Both the position numbers and the translations under genes were made by a program. The notes below the pieces were generated by a model that was not told the origin of the DNA, searched no databases, and saw only the letters and a list, made by a program, of their open reading frames with translations. Positions 9,798 to 21,400 of a stretch of 64,000 nucleotides of DNA are shown in pieces; position 1 is the first letter of the stretch, and each line of letters starts with the position of its first letter. Source of the stretch: a virus; the IMG/VR virus record IMGVR_UViG_3300036760_000069, positions 23,118 to 87,117 of that record. One strand, written 5' to 3'.

Positions 9798-10219
9798 CTA
9801 GCGTTCTTCATTCTTTGGTCGTAATCTCTGCATCGTTGCAACGTACAAGTTCTACAGTGGCGATTTCGCCTGCCCGTCTTGCTCCAATAGGTGTTCTTTT
9901 TGTCGTAGCGATGCCCCTTCGGACAGTACGTTTTAAGAATGTTCTTTGCTCCAACACCAACGCCGCGCATAATGTTAACTTTTCTAGTGACTGGTTCTAG
10001 ATGAGAGACATTAAGACAGGCTCTGTTGCGACAGAGATGGTCAAGCTCAAGTCCATCTGGAATTGGACCATGAGCCTGCTCGTAGGCGAAGCGATGAACC
10101 CGCACCATTTTCCCATTCAGTTTGAACCGCCCATATCCATTATCCAGTTTGCCTGTCCAGACGATGCACGCACCTTCGCAGCGCGTCTTCTCGTCGATTC
10201 GTTTAAGTCCGGTCAGCAT
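9785..10219 (-). CDS. HNH homing endonuclease
   Basis: [32 protein letters not shown]; CPKGH; lower GC than flanks. Confidence 0.92.
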   Translation of the reverse strand: MLTGLKRIDEKTRCEGACIVWTGKLDNGYGRFKLNGKMVRVHRFAYEQAHGPIPDGLELDHLCRNRACLNVSHLEPVTRKVNIMRGVGVGAKNILKTYCPKGHRYDKKNTYWSKTGRRNRHCRTCTLQRCRDYDQRMKNARCSQ

Positions 10220-10221
10220 CG

Positions 10222-10914
10222 CTATCCCTTGTTGGCGAGAGTCTTCACTTTACGAACCGTAATTCCTGAAATTGCACCGCCTTTGCCTGCCTTAACCAAT
10301 GTTCCGATCAGCGTGGTATCAAGCATCGGCTTGGTAAAGTAGTAATCGGTAATCTCTTTGAGATCAGTGTTCGCCCTGCTAAGATCAGCACCGGGCTGAA
10401 CTTTTCCAGCAATCACTACCGGCAAACAGTCCCATGTGGTCAGCTCCACGAAAGATACGCCAGCTTCTGACTTGGCGGGGGCCTGCACGATGGGCGGCGG
10501 TGCCACAGGGCGCACCGGCAGACCCTTCGCCTCGGCCTTTTTCTCCTCCTTCTCGATCTTCTTCTGGTACTCCGCATTGAGCCGATCCTGCTCCTTACGG
10601 GCCTCGGCGTCGGCGCGTTCTTGGTAAGCGATCAGCCCCGTCTTGAGCGTCGAGACGTTGTTCGCGCAGAGCGTCAACAGGACATTGGCCTTCTCCGTCT
10701 CGGTCTTGATGAAGGCCTTCGCGTCCTTGATGGTCTCGTCCAGATCCGCCTTGACCTTCTTGGCGTAGGCATCGCCCTGCTTCCAGAGTTCCTTGGCGAA
10801 GGTCGCCGTCTCCGGCGTGGTGATCGTCAGGGCCTTGACTTGGGCGTCAAGCTCTTGCAGGGCGGTGGGAATTGTAGACTTTGTCGCTGGGAGTGTAGTG
10901 GGGGGCGTCTCCAT
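10222..10914 (-). CDS. coiled-coil phage protein of the recombination module
   Basis: CAGGAGG SD; helical charged body; ends ISGITV. Confidence 0.7.
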   Translation of the reverse strand: METPPTTLPATKSTIPTALQELDAQVKALTITTPETATFAKELWKQGDAYAKKVKADLDETIKDAKAFIKTETEKANVLLTLCANNVSTLKTGLIAYQERADAEARKEQDRLNAEYQKKIEKEEKKAEAKGLPVRPVAPPPIVQAPAKSEAGVSFVELTTWDCLPVVIAGKVQPGADLSRANTDLKEITDYYFTKPMLDTTLIGTLVKAGKGGAISGITVRKVKTLANKG

Positions 10915-11080
10915 GGTCGTCGATCCTCCTGGGTTGATTGAACATGATGATGGCAAAGACAGACAGAATCACCATCGCCCATGCAAGGCCGTGTAGGAAC
11001 CAGAGCATCCGAAGGCGGCTCCGCTGGCGCGAGGCATAGTAGAGGGCGAGATCGTCCTGACTGAAGCGGTTGCTTTTCAT
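10847..11080 (-). CDS. small membrane protein
   Basis: Single hydrophobic segment; GGAGGAGG SD. Confidence 0.55.
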   Translation of the reverse strand: MKSNRFSQDDLALYYASRQRSRLRMLWFLHGLAWAMVILSVFAIIMFNQPRRIDDHGDAPHYTPSDKVYNSHRPARA

Positions 11081-11292
11081 TGGCGGCCCTCCTCCTGGTC
11101 ATTCTCCCACTTGGCAATATCCGCCTCGCCCTTCTCGATGGTGGCCTCTGAGCGATACGGGGCAAAGAACCGAGGACGAAGCCTCGGGCGTTCATGGGCG
11201 GCACAAATGTAGGTGGGGATGCCCGTGGGCCCGTCCACGCGGCATCCACAGACCATGATCCGCTGGCGATCCTGCGCGTTCATCGCCGCCAC
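11077..11292 (-). CDS. hypothetical protein
   Basis: Coupled ORF with CGC...C..H. Confidence 0.5.
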   Translation of the reverse strand: MAAMNAQDRQRIMVCGCRVDGPTGIPTYICAAHERPRLRPRFFAPYRSEATIEKGEADIAKWENDQEEGRQ

Positions 11293-11552
11293 CTGAACGG
11301 TCTCTCAGATGTTGCGAATCTCTCCTGCACTGAGATCAGGCGGTGATTCAGTGCATGGGCGAACAGCTCAGGGAGGCTGGCGGTGTGCGTCTTGCGATAG
11401 ATCGCCACGCGATGCACTTCCACCGTGCGGTTACTGATGCCGAGGTTCGTCCCGGCCTCCTTGCTCGTATAACCGAGCCAGACCTGTTGCAGAACGTCCC
11501 GTTCCCGCTTCGTCAGGGGCGGCATCGTGCCGGTCGTCCGTGCGGCGATCAT
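11280..11552 (-). CDS. LuxR-type HTH regulator
   Basis: LTKRERDVL...GYTSKEAG..LGISNRTVEVHR. Confidence 0.88.
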   Translation of the reverse strand: MIAARTTGTMPPLTKRERDVLQQVWLGYTSKEAGTNLGISNRTVEVHRVAIYRKTHTASLPELFAHALNHRLISVQERFATSERPFRWRR

Positions 11553-11839
11553 CGCGTCGATCCCCCGTAGACAGAGTGAAAGCAATCGGGACAGAGGAGG
11601 GTGTAGTTGGGCTTGTCGCACCCTGGGTAGAGCGGCGTCCCGTTCTCGAAGTCGGGAAAGTCACGCTCAATTTTGTCGGTGCCGAGGGCGTAGAGTTCGC
11701 AGGCTTCTTCAGCGGCGAGCGCGATCAGATGCCCCTTCTCCGGCAGGAGTGATGTCCTCCCTTCGATGATGGCGTAGGCTTCCTTGAGGAAGTCGCGGGG
11801 CGGATCAGCTTGAACGTCTGTGGCGTGTGGTAGCGACAT
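11549..11839 (-). CDS. hypothetical protein
   Basis: GGAGG SD; ATGA coupling. Confidence 0.6.
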   Translation of the reverse strand: MSLPHATDVQADPPRDFLKEAYAIIEGRTSLLPEKGHLIALAAEEACELYALGTDKIERDFPDFENGTPLYPGCDKPNYTLLCPDCFHSVYGGSTR

Positions 11840-12161
11840 GGGGGGCGTCCTCCGGTTTGAGTTTATTTTGCCTGCACCGATTTATACGGTTGTTGCGATG
11901 GATATTCAGCGATGGGTTGAGTCGTTCAATCCAGTATCCTTCTCTGAAATAACGATCACCAAATTCGACTCGTTCTTCAAGGATTTCAAAAACTGGTCGT
12001 AGCTTTGCTCGTTGAAGATCACGGCACCACTGATTTATTCGTTTGTTGGCTGTACGCTTTGGCCGACTCATCCACACGATTCTACGCATCATGGGGCGGA
12101 TTGTCCTACCGATGTATACAACCTTGCTGGTGCGCGGATCTCGAAGGGCGTAGATCATCAT
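11805..12161 (-). CDS. GIY-YIG endonuclease
   Basis: IYALRDPR..VVYIGRT...R...E.YWI....LN; low GC. Confidence 0.82.
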   Translation of the reverse strand: MMIYALRDPRTSKVVYIGRTIRPMMRRIVWMSRPKRTANKRINQWCRDLQRAKLRPVFEILEERVEFGDRYFREGYWIERLNPSLNIHRNNRINRCRQNKLKPEDAPHVATTRHRRSS

Positions 12162-12165
12162 GGCA

Positions 12166-12336
12166 TTACTTTCCGTCGGTCTGGTTGCGATACTTGTCGA
12201 GCAGAGTTTCGCGCACGATTGCGGATGCTGATGTCCCGCGCCTATCTGCTTCGTCGTGGAGCTTTTTTAGGAGCGGAGCTGGGAGCTTGAACGTGAACGA
12301 TGGATCGAACGGCCCATGCTTTTTTCTGTATGCCAT
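12166..12336 (-). CDS. ribbon-helix-helix (CopG/Arc-like) regulator (56 aa, not in ORF track)
   Basis: Hand translation MAYRKKHGPFDPSFTFKLPAPLLKKLHDEADRRGTSASAIVRETLLDKYRNQTDGK. Confidence 0.8.
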   Translation of the reverse strand: MAYRKKHGPFDPSFTFKLPAPLLKKLHDEADRRGTSASAIVRETLLDKYRNQTDGK

Positions 12337-12338
12337 GG

Positions 12339-12371
12339 TTTGAGCCTACCATTTGCTCAAAACCGTGTCAA
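12339..12371 (-). promoter_or_regulatory. early sigma70 promoter with overlapping operator
   Basis: TTGACA(12371-12366)-17 nt-TAGGCT(12348-12343) with extended TG and AT-rich upstream; inverted repeat TTTGAGC-N9-GCTCAAA (12339-12361). Confidence 0.75.
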
Positions 12372-12429
12372 GTACAAAATAAGATTATTTTTTACTCTAT
12401 CCTTTTATGTACTGTTTCGCGTGGCACAA

Positions 12430-15400
12430 TTATGGAAAGACGCCCTCGCCAGCGGGGACGAGATCCGCCAGCAAGGGTTTAGCCGGCGTCAGCCAGTGGT
12501 GGGCTTTGAGTTTGGCGATGAAGGCGCGGCGGTCGCCCTCTGGGAGGACTTGGAGCATGGTGGTCGCGTAGTAATTCTCGGCCCGTTGCAGGATGCGCCG
12601 CTCCGCCGGCTCCAGTTGCTTGACCACGGCGTCCCGGTCATTCTTGGTCAGCCCCCAGAGGGGAGTCTTATCCCGGAGCGACTGGTGCATGGTCTTTGAG
12701 GTGCCGCCCAGCTCCTTGTACTCGGCGCGGTATTTCGCCTCGGCGGCCGTGTCTCCGTACTTGATCGAGAGCGCGATGTTCTGCAAGGCCTCGCCCTTGG
12801 GGGTGCGCCAGTAGAGCCCGCCGTCGTCCTTCCCAAGGCGTTGCTTGTACTTGGCCTCGATGTCCTGCCAGCTCTGGTAGGCCGCCTGGTCGGGGTTGAT
12901 CTTTCGGATCCCGAGGAAGCCCGTCAGGTTGTCCGATCCGAGGTAGGGCTTGGTCGGCTTGCCGGCGAGGGCGCGTGCCTCCTGCCCAACGGTCGCCTGC
13001 TGGGCCAGATAGTCCCCACGGCTCTGCATCGGGCGCGGGTTAAAGACATCCGGGTAGGTGTTGATACGGCCCACCAGATCCACCGTGTCCTTGACCAGCG
13101 GGGTGATCCCCTGCCAGACCTTGTTGATCGGGGCGTGCCACGTCTTCTGCCAGATCTCGCCCAGCGTCAGGCGCCCATGCAGGTAGTCCCCGACCAGCCC
13201 GGGGGCCTGGTCGAGGCCGAACCACGACAGGGCATCCCCCAGCGCACCCAGGCCGGTGAAGACCGGGATGCTCCCGTCCTCCCGTTTGCCACCCAGAATG
13301 ACATGGATGCGGTTGGCGATCGTGGGGTCCGTGTCCTGCAATTCCCGCTCCTCGTCGTCGAAGACGAAGTTATTCCAGACCTGGAGCATCGTCCACAGGG
13401 CGGCGGCCCGGATCAGGAAGGCGGCGACCTTCTTACCAGCGACACCGGCCCCCCTCGCCCCTGCCCCGTAGTCGGCGTCCTCGAAGGCGTTCCGCAAGAG
13501 ATGGGCGTACCGGCCCATATTGACCTCCTGCCAGCTCCAGAAGGGGTACCAGAACCGCCGCAGGGTCTGACCCGCCACAGAAACCCGGTCGTAGGCGCCC
13601 AGCAGCTCGTTGGAGAGCTTAAACGCCCGATCCCGGATGTCTGGCAAGGCCATGACGGTCTCGCGCCTGGAGGCCCCCCAGTTCGCCGGGCGGCCCTCTG
13701 TGTTACCCTGCATCTGCTCCAGATAGTCGAGGTAGGCAGCGTACCGGAGCATGGCCTCGCGGTAGTCCGTCCCTAACCTCGCGGCTTTCCAGTATTTATT
13801 GAACGCTTCGACGGGCAGAGCCAGCGCGCCACCCTTGCCTTCGCGGTCGATCGTGGCCCGGAAAGCCTTGAGTTCGTTGAGATCGCCCATCTCCTGCACC
13901 TGGAGGGTGGACCCGTAGCCCCCACGCTCTGCCCATTCCTTTGCCTCGCCGGTCAGGGGTTCATCCTTGAACATGACGGGCCACATCTCTTTGATGGCCT
14001 GCTGGACCTTCTTGAAAGCCCCCGGGTTGCCGACGAACAGGGCATCCGAGTCGCCGGACAGGTTCCGCAGGTTGTACCCGATCACCCGCCGCGGGGCGAT
14101 CAGCATGACCTGCTTCCAGTGGGATAGGGCCGCCCGGTTGAGATCGACAAACCAGTTCGGTGCCGGCTGGGCCAGCTCGTCGAGCGTGACCGCCACCTCG
14201 TCCTTGACGACATACTGCTCGCGGGGCCCGCCCTGGGCCATCATCGTCCGGAGCATCTCCTTGGTCAGGCCCACCTCCTCCAGCGCGTGTTCGTGCAGGG
14301 CCTTGGCGAGCTGGGCGGGGATCGTGTCCGCCATGTAGAAGATGTTGCCCTCGCGGGGCTGCCAGAGCGTGTACCCGTCCGGGACGAGATCCTGCCAGGT
14401 CTTGTACGCCTTCCCCAGCACGCCCTTGATGAACGCTTTGCGCTCGCCGATCGCCTTGAAGATCCCCAGCGCGTGCATCTGGCCGGGGGATTCCGGGTCG
14501 TTGGCGATGGCCTGAATCTGCTCCATCGTCAGCTTGTCGGCCGGTTGCAGATCGAGCGCGTCCCGGAGGCGGTGCTGGTGCATCCCCAACCGCTGGCGGA
14601 AGTGCTTCATCTGGACGTCAATGAGGCTCACCCCGCCGGGGGCCGCCAGCTCGGCGTCGATCCGCTTTTGAAGGGTCTGCTGGTTGGCGGCCCGCGCCTC
14701 CCCCTTGAGCCGTTGCCGGATGTTATGGGCCTCGTCGACGCCCTTGATGACCTTGGCGAGCTGGGTGTCGTAGGCCATCTGGGCCATGACCTCGAACTCG
14801 GCCTGGATGTAGTTCGCGTTGATGTCGAAGGTGGACCCCTCACGCTTCTTGAGGAACCCCCGACCGGTCGGCGTCCGGAGCCGCTTGCCAGACCCAGCAA
14901 TCAACCGTTGCTCACGGGCATAGTCCAGTACCTGATGCCGGAAGTAGTCCTCCTTGGTCAGCTTCTTGCTCACATCGAACCCGATGGCGTCCATGGCCTT
15001 CTTGTAGTCGGTCGTCAGGCCCTTCCAGAGTTCCTTTCGAGCGGCCCAGGCGGCTCGAATAGCGGGATCCTTCTGGACGCGATCATCAATCCGTTCCAGA
15101 TCGTGCGTGACCGAGTCCGGCGTGTACTCGAACGGGAGTTTGTTCCCCTTCGCCGCTTCGTGCGAGAGGTCGGTCAGCAACGCCTTCCATTCGAGGTCGT
15201 CGTATTGCATTGGCGAGAGGGGCTTGACGATCCGCGCCAGTTCGCGCTCGATCCGGTCTGCCTGGATGCCCTTCTGCTTCGAGAGCTTGAGGAGGTCGTT
15301 GCGGAGCCGGCTGAACTCGGCGGTATCCGGCAGATGCTCGAACTCGCGGGAGGTCAGGCGCCAGACCTGCTTGAGATGCTCTTTGGCCCACTCCTTCCAA

Positions 15401-18400
15401 GAGATCGGTTGCAGACCCTTCTTGGCCTTGCGAACGCGAGCATCAATAGTCGGATTGGCCGATCTGAACCAGCCAGGCTTTGGCCCCTCGTTCACCTCCT
15501 TCCCGAGCGGCACGCCGCCACGCTCATTGAAGCGGCGCATCTTGGAGATACCCTCGTTCGGCACCCAGGCGAGGATGGCCTTGACGCCCTTGTTGATCGC
15601 AGCGTACTGCCGGCGGCGGCCGTCGAGAGCTTCGCCGCCTTCGCCGTCAATGATGATCGGGTACTTCCCGGTCGGCGTCTCGGTGGTCAGCTCGAGTGTC
15701 TTAGGGTTGACCGCCTTCAGCGTCCACTTGTCGCCGTACCCGCTGATGCCGTGGAGGTCGTTATAGTCGAGCTTGCCGAAGGAGTCCTTCAGGGGGAGGG
15801 TGTCGAGGTAGTCCTCGAACTCGGCGCGGGTGAGCGTGTCGCCTTGGACAGGCTGGCCTCTCTTGGCGCGACGATCAGGTAGTGCGGCGCGGGATGATAC
15901 CGCTTGGGCCGGACGCTGACGGCGGCCTGGTAGAGGGATTTGGGATTGTGCCCCGCCGCCTTCGCCTCCTTCAGGATGTGCCGCACCGAGTCCGCGTCCA
16001 CGAAATCGTTCATGGCCGGTGCTAATCTTCTCAAAAACGTCATGTGATTCTTCACCCTGAAAGGGTTTGAGTGTGTCGACGTCAGCGGCAATTTGTGCAA
16101 GGAGAGTTTTGGCACCATTGGGGCCTCCCATGTCGCCCAGCATCACCTCAAGGGCGGCGGCGCTTTCCTTGATCGTGCGGGCTTGATTGTAACTGTTGAT
16201 GGCGGCGAACGCTTCATTGTGCGGGCGCACGGACTGATGACTGATTTCATGCACCGCCGTCGAGATCACCATGGCGGCAAACTCTTTCGCCAGATTCTCC
16301 GGCGGAATCCGTCCGTTCAGCACATGCCCATTGACATCCTGGTAGATGTCGTAGGGGTTGATGAGAATGTAGTTGCTCTGGTCGCCCTTGAAGATCGAAC
16401 TCCCGCCGATGTTCACGCCGAGGTACTTGCCGATTCCGATCCCCTGGAAGACGACCGATCCGTACTGATCTCCGTAGGGGATCAGCGCCTTCTGGAGTGG
16501 CGCAAAGGCGCGGGCCATCATCAGCGCGAGTTGCTTGACATGCGGTTGGTCCGCCATCTCCTTCAGGATCTCCGGCGGCACGGTCTGCTCGGTGTCCATG
16601 AACTGGAAGTCCGTGCCGGGGACATCCGGGGCCTCCTCGAACGCCTTGCGGAACGTCTCCCGCTCCACATCCAGCGCGTCGGTGACGAGGTCTTGGATCA
16701 GGTACTTGCGGATGACGTCCTTTACATCGCCGCGCAACTTCTCCCGGTTCGTCGTGAAGGGGTAGCCCGTCTGCCCCGGCGTGCGGCGCGACCGGATGTT
16801 GGCGAGGATGGTATGCGGGAGCTTGAGCTTGTGCCCTTTGCCGAAGCTGACGTTGATCGTGAACTGGTAGAGGCCGTTGTTCAGGATCTGCACCTTGCCT
16901 GTCTCCATCTCGGCGGTGCCTTCCGCTGCGGAGAAGTCCACCTCGCCGCCCTGGAACTCCAGCGTGCGTGTCCGGGCCACGCCCATCGCCTTCCAGTTCT
17001 TCTCGGGGTTGATCTCCAAGCCCCCGATCGAGGCCGAGAGCTTGAGCGGCATCTGGTGAAAGGCCGTGACGTTCTCCAGCCACTTGCGAATCGCCGGCGT
17101 ATCGAACTCCATCTTGTCCGGGTACTTGAGCCGGACACGGGTGCCTGGGGTCGCGTCGGGATCGGCCGCCTTGATCGTGGCGGTCAGGCCCTTCTCCTGG
17201 TTCAGCCAGTCGGCCCCGGACCCGCTTAGATGCGTCTCAACCATGCCACGGGCCGGATCGTAGGCGACCGTCTTGATGTCGATGTTGTCGGCCCCGGCGA
17301 AGATGACCACCTTGGCGACCCCGAACATGCCGGCGGCGTCTTCAGTCTTCTTGCTCCCGCCAAAGTCCACCAGCTCCTTGAACGCCACATCAGGGAGCAT
17401 CCCGGTTCCCGTGTCGTCAATCGTGATCTTGTGATCGTCCGGGAAGACCTCGATCCGCACCATGGCCCCCGCTTTGTCGGTCAGCCCGCGGGTGCCGTCC
17501 GTGGCGTTCTGCACCAGCTCCTTGACGATGACCTTGGAGGGATGCTCGGAGTACAGGCCCTCGCCCATGGCCTTGATGCGGTTCGGGTCGATGCCGGCGG
17601 CGGCCCCGTGCCCACCCTCCTCTTTGACGACCTTGATATAGGAAACATCAGCACGCCCATATTGTGTATCTAACACGACCATCGCTGGGAACGACTTCGC
17701 CCCCAGTAACTTCAGCGCGTCGAAGCGGTGGCCGCCTTCCAACACATACGGGCCTGCCTTACTCCCATCCTCGACGACGATCAGCGGTTCGATTTCACCA
17801 GACTCCTTGATCGTGTTCGCAAGAGCTTCGACCTTGTGCTTCTCTGTCCGGGAATAGAATGAAGGCTTTCCATCGTCTTGAAATGCGGAGATCGGCACCT
17901 CGCGTACACCGTCAAGTATTTCGTACTTCGTCAGGCTGGCCTTAATGGAGGACTGGTTGGACGCCTCGCCCACCACCCGGCGCCCATCAACCACATTACC
18001 GGCCCGCTTGAACTTTGTCTTGAACGCCTTCATGTGGCTGGTGATCTCGCCCTGCCCCATCTCGGAATCCACGATCTCGGCGACGGGGTGGTTCGCCACG
18101 ATCTTTTCAAAGGCCGAGGCCCCCTTCTCGCCCGTCGGGATGAAGATGCGCGTCTTGAACTGGATGATCTCGCGGAACGCCCCGGCGGCCTCCAGCTCCT
18201 TCCACGCCCGCTCGACCCCGTTGCCCACGATCTCGATGCGCGTCTCGCCGGCGACGGTCTTGCGCTCGAACCGCCACCCGTTGACCAGCGCGATCTTGCT
18301 CCGCTTCTTGAGGATGGTGTCCATGGCCTGCGCGGGCGTCAGCGTCGGCAAGTCCACCGAGGCCCCCAGCCGGCGGAGAACAGCCGACACATCGCCCTCC

Positions 18401-21400
18401 CGGACCACCCGCCCCAGATACCGCTTGCCGGTGTCGTCCTGGACGCGCATGACTCGGACATGGTCCTGCGGGAGCCTGTCCCATATCGGGAGCAAGGTGC
18501 CGGAAATCAGATGCAGGGGTTCCTCGCGGTAGGGTGGATGCGTGTCAATCGTCTTCTTCCAGAGGGCTTTGCCGGCGTCTGGATTGATCGCCGCGTAGTG
18601 CTTGCTCAGGCCGTCCTCGTCCACATAGTAGTACGTCTCGGCGACGGGGCTGATGAGGCGGAAGTGTTTGTTGACGCCTCCCGTTTTCGGGTCCGTGCGC
18701 GTTCCGGTATAGACCGAGGCGAAGACCTTCTCGGTCTTGTTGCTCTGGACGTACCCCTGAAAGCCCTCCTTCTTCTCGACCTCCTTGGTCTGGACGAAGT
18801 TCACATCATGCTTGGTGTCCATCGAGACCATCGACGTTGTGGCGCCGCTGATCGGATCGCGGTAGACCTGTTGTTCCTTGATCGTCTTCACGCTGCGAGC
18901 CTTGTACGTTTCGAGACCCACATCGAGTTGTCCGAGCGAGGCCGCGTGGTCGATCGCCTGCTCCATGCGCTCGCTGAAAGCATCGAACACGGCGTTTTGA
19001 TCGTGGATCTCCAAGGCCAGAATCCGATTAAGAAACTGCGGGACTTTCGGGATCTTGTCCTCGTTGATGGACCCATCATCGGCGACAAGGCCCGTCAGCC
19101 CCATCTTGCCCTCGATCATCTCCTTGAAGTCCACGGTCGGGACTTCCCCGCGATGGGCGTCCAACACCAGTGCCCGCACCGCGCCTTGCGCGTATTTGTT
19201 TTCAAGGTTGTCTTTGGCGTTGATGAGGCCTGAGCTGCCCGTCTTGCGCTCGCCCTTGGTCATGGCCCCAAGCTGATCCAACCGGCGGCCGATGGTCGAG
19301 ATAAACCGCTTGTGCCCTTTCAGGTTCGTCATCACCAGCACATAATGCGGGGCATTGGCCTCGTTCGTGCGGTGTGAACGGCCCAGCCCTTGAATGAACT
19401 TTTCCGCCCGCCAGCCAGGTTGCACGCCATAGTGCCAGCGTTGCCGCTGGTTCTTGATACGCCGATCCGAATGGAAGCTGCGCCCAGTGCCGCCGGCGTC
19501 TGAAAAGACAAGGATCGACTTCTTATCAGCAAGGTATTCGTCTACCTCATGGGCGGCGAGCGAGGGTGAACGAGACTGGATCACCGTCTTCTCGCGCCCC
19601 AGATTGTCTTTGAGGCGCACCACGCGGCGGCTCCGACCCGTGACTTCCGCCACGGCGTCCGGCCCAAAAGTGTTGATGATGAACTCCAGCGGGCCTTCGG
19701 GTACCTTCAGCGACCCGACCGAGAGAAGCATGTCCTGCTTGAGCTGGATGGCGTCCTGGTTCTGCACGGGGTTGCCATCATGGTCCAGCACGGGGCGAGA
19801 CCGGATGTTCCCTTGCTCGTCCTGGTACTGCTCGTACTGTTGCGTCGGAAAGGACTTCTCCAGAAACTGCATCAGGGCATCGCGTGGCGTGAGATCGAGA
19901 TTTTCCAGATCGCCGTCTTCTTGCTCGGCGTTTTGGATCTGCCGCTCCATGCCCGCCTCGTTGGTGTTGACGAGTTGAGCGATAATGGCCTTGCCATCCT
20001 TGATCTTCGCTTCCATATCGGCGATGACGGTGGGCATCTGCATGGCCGTCAGCACCTGATTGAAGAACCGGAGTTCCGTGCCCCAGAAATTGGAGAGCAA
20101 GGTGGACTTGGCGCCCGCGTTCTTGGCCTTCCCGCCCTCGGTGACGCCCGTGAGTTCGAGGGCCTGATTGATGTTTGCCAATACCACCTGCCATGCCCGC
20201 GCCAGTCCGTTGTAGATGTCTTCTTGTTCTGGCGTCAACACATGCTCAAGAGTGCTATATGTGACCTCTGAGAAGTCGAGCGAGCGAGCGATATAGACGC
20301 CCATGGCCTTCATGTCACGGGCGACCACTTCCATCGCACCCAAACCGCCTTCCGTGATCTTCGCCGAGAAATCATTCTGGTCAGGGAAGGCCGTACCGGG
20401 CCCCCACAGACCGAGCCGTTCAGCATACCCCAGCGTGTCTACCGAGTTCGCGCCGGTCGCCGAGGCATACACAATGCGAGCCTTCGGCACCTGCTTGCGG
20501 AGGTCAAGGGCCGCAAGAGCCTGGATGGAGGCTTGCTGGTGGATGCCACGCGCCCCCATCGACTGCGTGGTCTTTTGCATGTTATGGGCTTCGTCGAACA
20601 CGATCACGCCATCGAAGTCTTTGCCGAGCCACGCTAGGATCTGATTGACCCGCGATTGTTTGGGCTGGTTCGTTTTCTTGTCTGTAATGGGAATGACCTT
20701 GCCGGTCTTATCCGTCATTAAGTTGGAGCGGATCGTGGCATAGGTGGTGAACATAATGCCCTTGGGTTGGTCGATCGGTTCGCCGAGTTTGGTCTTGCCG
20801 AGTTCAAAAACTTGGCCCTTGTCGCCGCCAATATCCACCCAGTCGCGCTTGGCGTCGGCTATGAGCCTAGAAGACTCCGAGACCCAGATGGCTTTCTCGC
20901 GCCCGTTGCGGAAGTTATCCAGAATGACGGCGGAGATCTGCCGGCCCTTCCCGACCCCCGTGCCATCGCCCAAGAAGAAGCCCTTGCGCGTCCCGTCTGA
21001 CAGAAATAACTCATGGGCCTGTCCTGCGTACACGGGCGTCTCGAGCTGGGCCAGCGAGAGGGCGCCGGAATCAATCAGATCCTGCGGCAGGTTGGGCGTG
21101 TAGGTCGGATCGGGCGGGAGCGTGTCCGCCATGGCCGCCGACTCTACCAGTTTGCCAGGGTGCGGTTTGGCACCAGGAATCCGCACCTTGGGTGGTTGGT
21201 ACTCGTCGTAGACGGCGTCGGTGAGTTCTTTGGTCGTGCTGGGGAACTTGGATTCAGGTTCGCTGGAAGCGACGACCGTTATCCCGGACTGAACGGGTAT
21301 ATGGGCGGGTACGTTCCCTTCATCCGCGGGTCGTCCCGCAGGCGCAGGTCGAGGGCCTCCAGTACCTTCACCGCCGCCCGCCTTGGGCTCATGGCCTTGG

